NCBI RefSeq assembly: GCF_001194135.2
Contig: NC_068981.1
Coordinates: forward strand, 60,604,773 to 60,668,772
Source of the DNA: Octopus bimaculoides
Lineage: Eukaryota
Direction of reading: 5' to 3'
DNA: 64,000 nt
Shown here: piece by piece, positions 63,378-64,000 of the stretch
Layout: every line of letters begins with the position of its first letter
Numbering within the stretch: position 1 is the first letter of the stretch
The notes under the pieces: generated by a model
Seen by the model: only the letters and a program-made list of their open reading frames with translations
Database searches by the model: none
Told to the model about the DNA's origin: nothing
Program-made: the position numbers and the translations under genes

Positions 63378-64000
63378 CATATGAATATATATATATATTT
63401 ATATATATATATATACTTACGTAAAAACATATATACAACAATATATAAAATGGAAATGATCACCATTCTGCATATGTGATCGGCTTGAAAGTTGTTAGGA
63501 TATTGAGACATTTTTTTAACACGAATCCAATGGTAGCCTTAATACCCGAATGACAAAAATTCTCTTCACCATTGTGGTGTTGTGTACTCATTCTCGTCGT
63601 TCCAAAAGCAGAAACCTGGTTTGTGGATATCCGTAATTGCATAATATTTTTATTTGTTCTGTTAAATGTTTTAATTCTGTCGGTTTTCCTCGCATACTGT
63701 TTTTCTCTGTTATATTGGTGCGCTACTGTGGATTATTTAAGACTTGGCTCTTATTTCTAGCAGGTAGATGCTCATTAAGCATCATTACGATATTTCATAG
63801 CTCCTTAAAGCTATCTTAACTGCGTTCCACCAATGCTGCTACTGGTGATATCATCAAATTTTGAATTTATCCACAGATGATATGAACAGTAGTGACCTCT
63901 AACTTCAAATCTCAGTGTTTGAATATTTCATTTAAATATTTTTACGCACCATGTGTTCTGATTTTGGCGCAAAACAAAACCAGTTGCACAGTCAGAGACT

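Overview
AT-rich, intron/intergenic-type eukaryotic DNA with about 5.4 kb of assembly N gaps and dense microsatellites ((TA)n, (CA)n, (TAA)n, (CAT)n, (CTT)n, (CCTA)n). The repeat repertoire suggests a coleoid cephalopod, most likely Octopus (inference from pattern recognition, not a database result). No intact long gene, rRNA, bona fide tRNA or CRISPR array is visible; most ORFs in the track are microsatellite or gap artefacts. The recognisable content is decayed mobile DNA: (1) at least seven fragments of restriction-like-endonuclease (RLE) non-LTR retrotransposons of R4/Dong type, several embedded in (TAA)n and four stacked head-to-tail at 1-4.7 kb; (2) a HERO/NeSL-type element and a possible R2-type remnant; (3) RTE and L1/Tx1 fragments, including an apparently ORF1-only (HAL1-like) element; (4) a Penelope-like GIY-YIG fragment and several hammerhead-ribozyme-like motifs; (5) a Helitron PIF1 helicase fragment, a Tc1/mariner 5' end and a hAT-like terminus; (6) at least three tRNA-headed SINE families. 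A few weak candidate host exons (7.8, 13-15 kb) could not be assigned to a gene. All element assignments come from manual translation and motif recognition.
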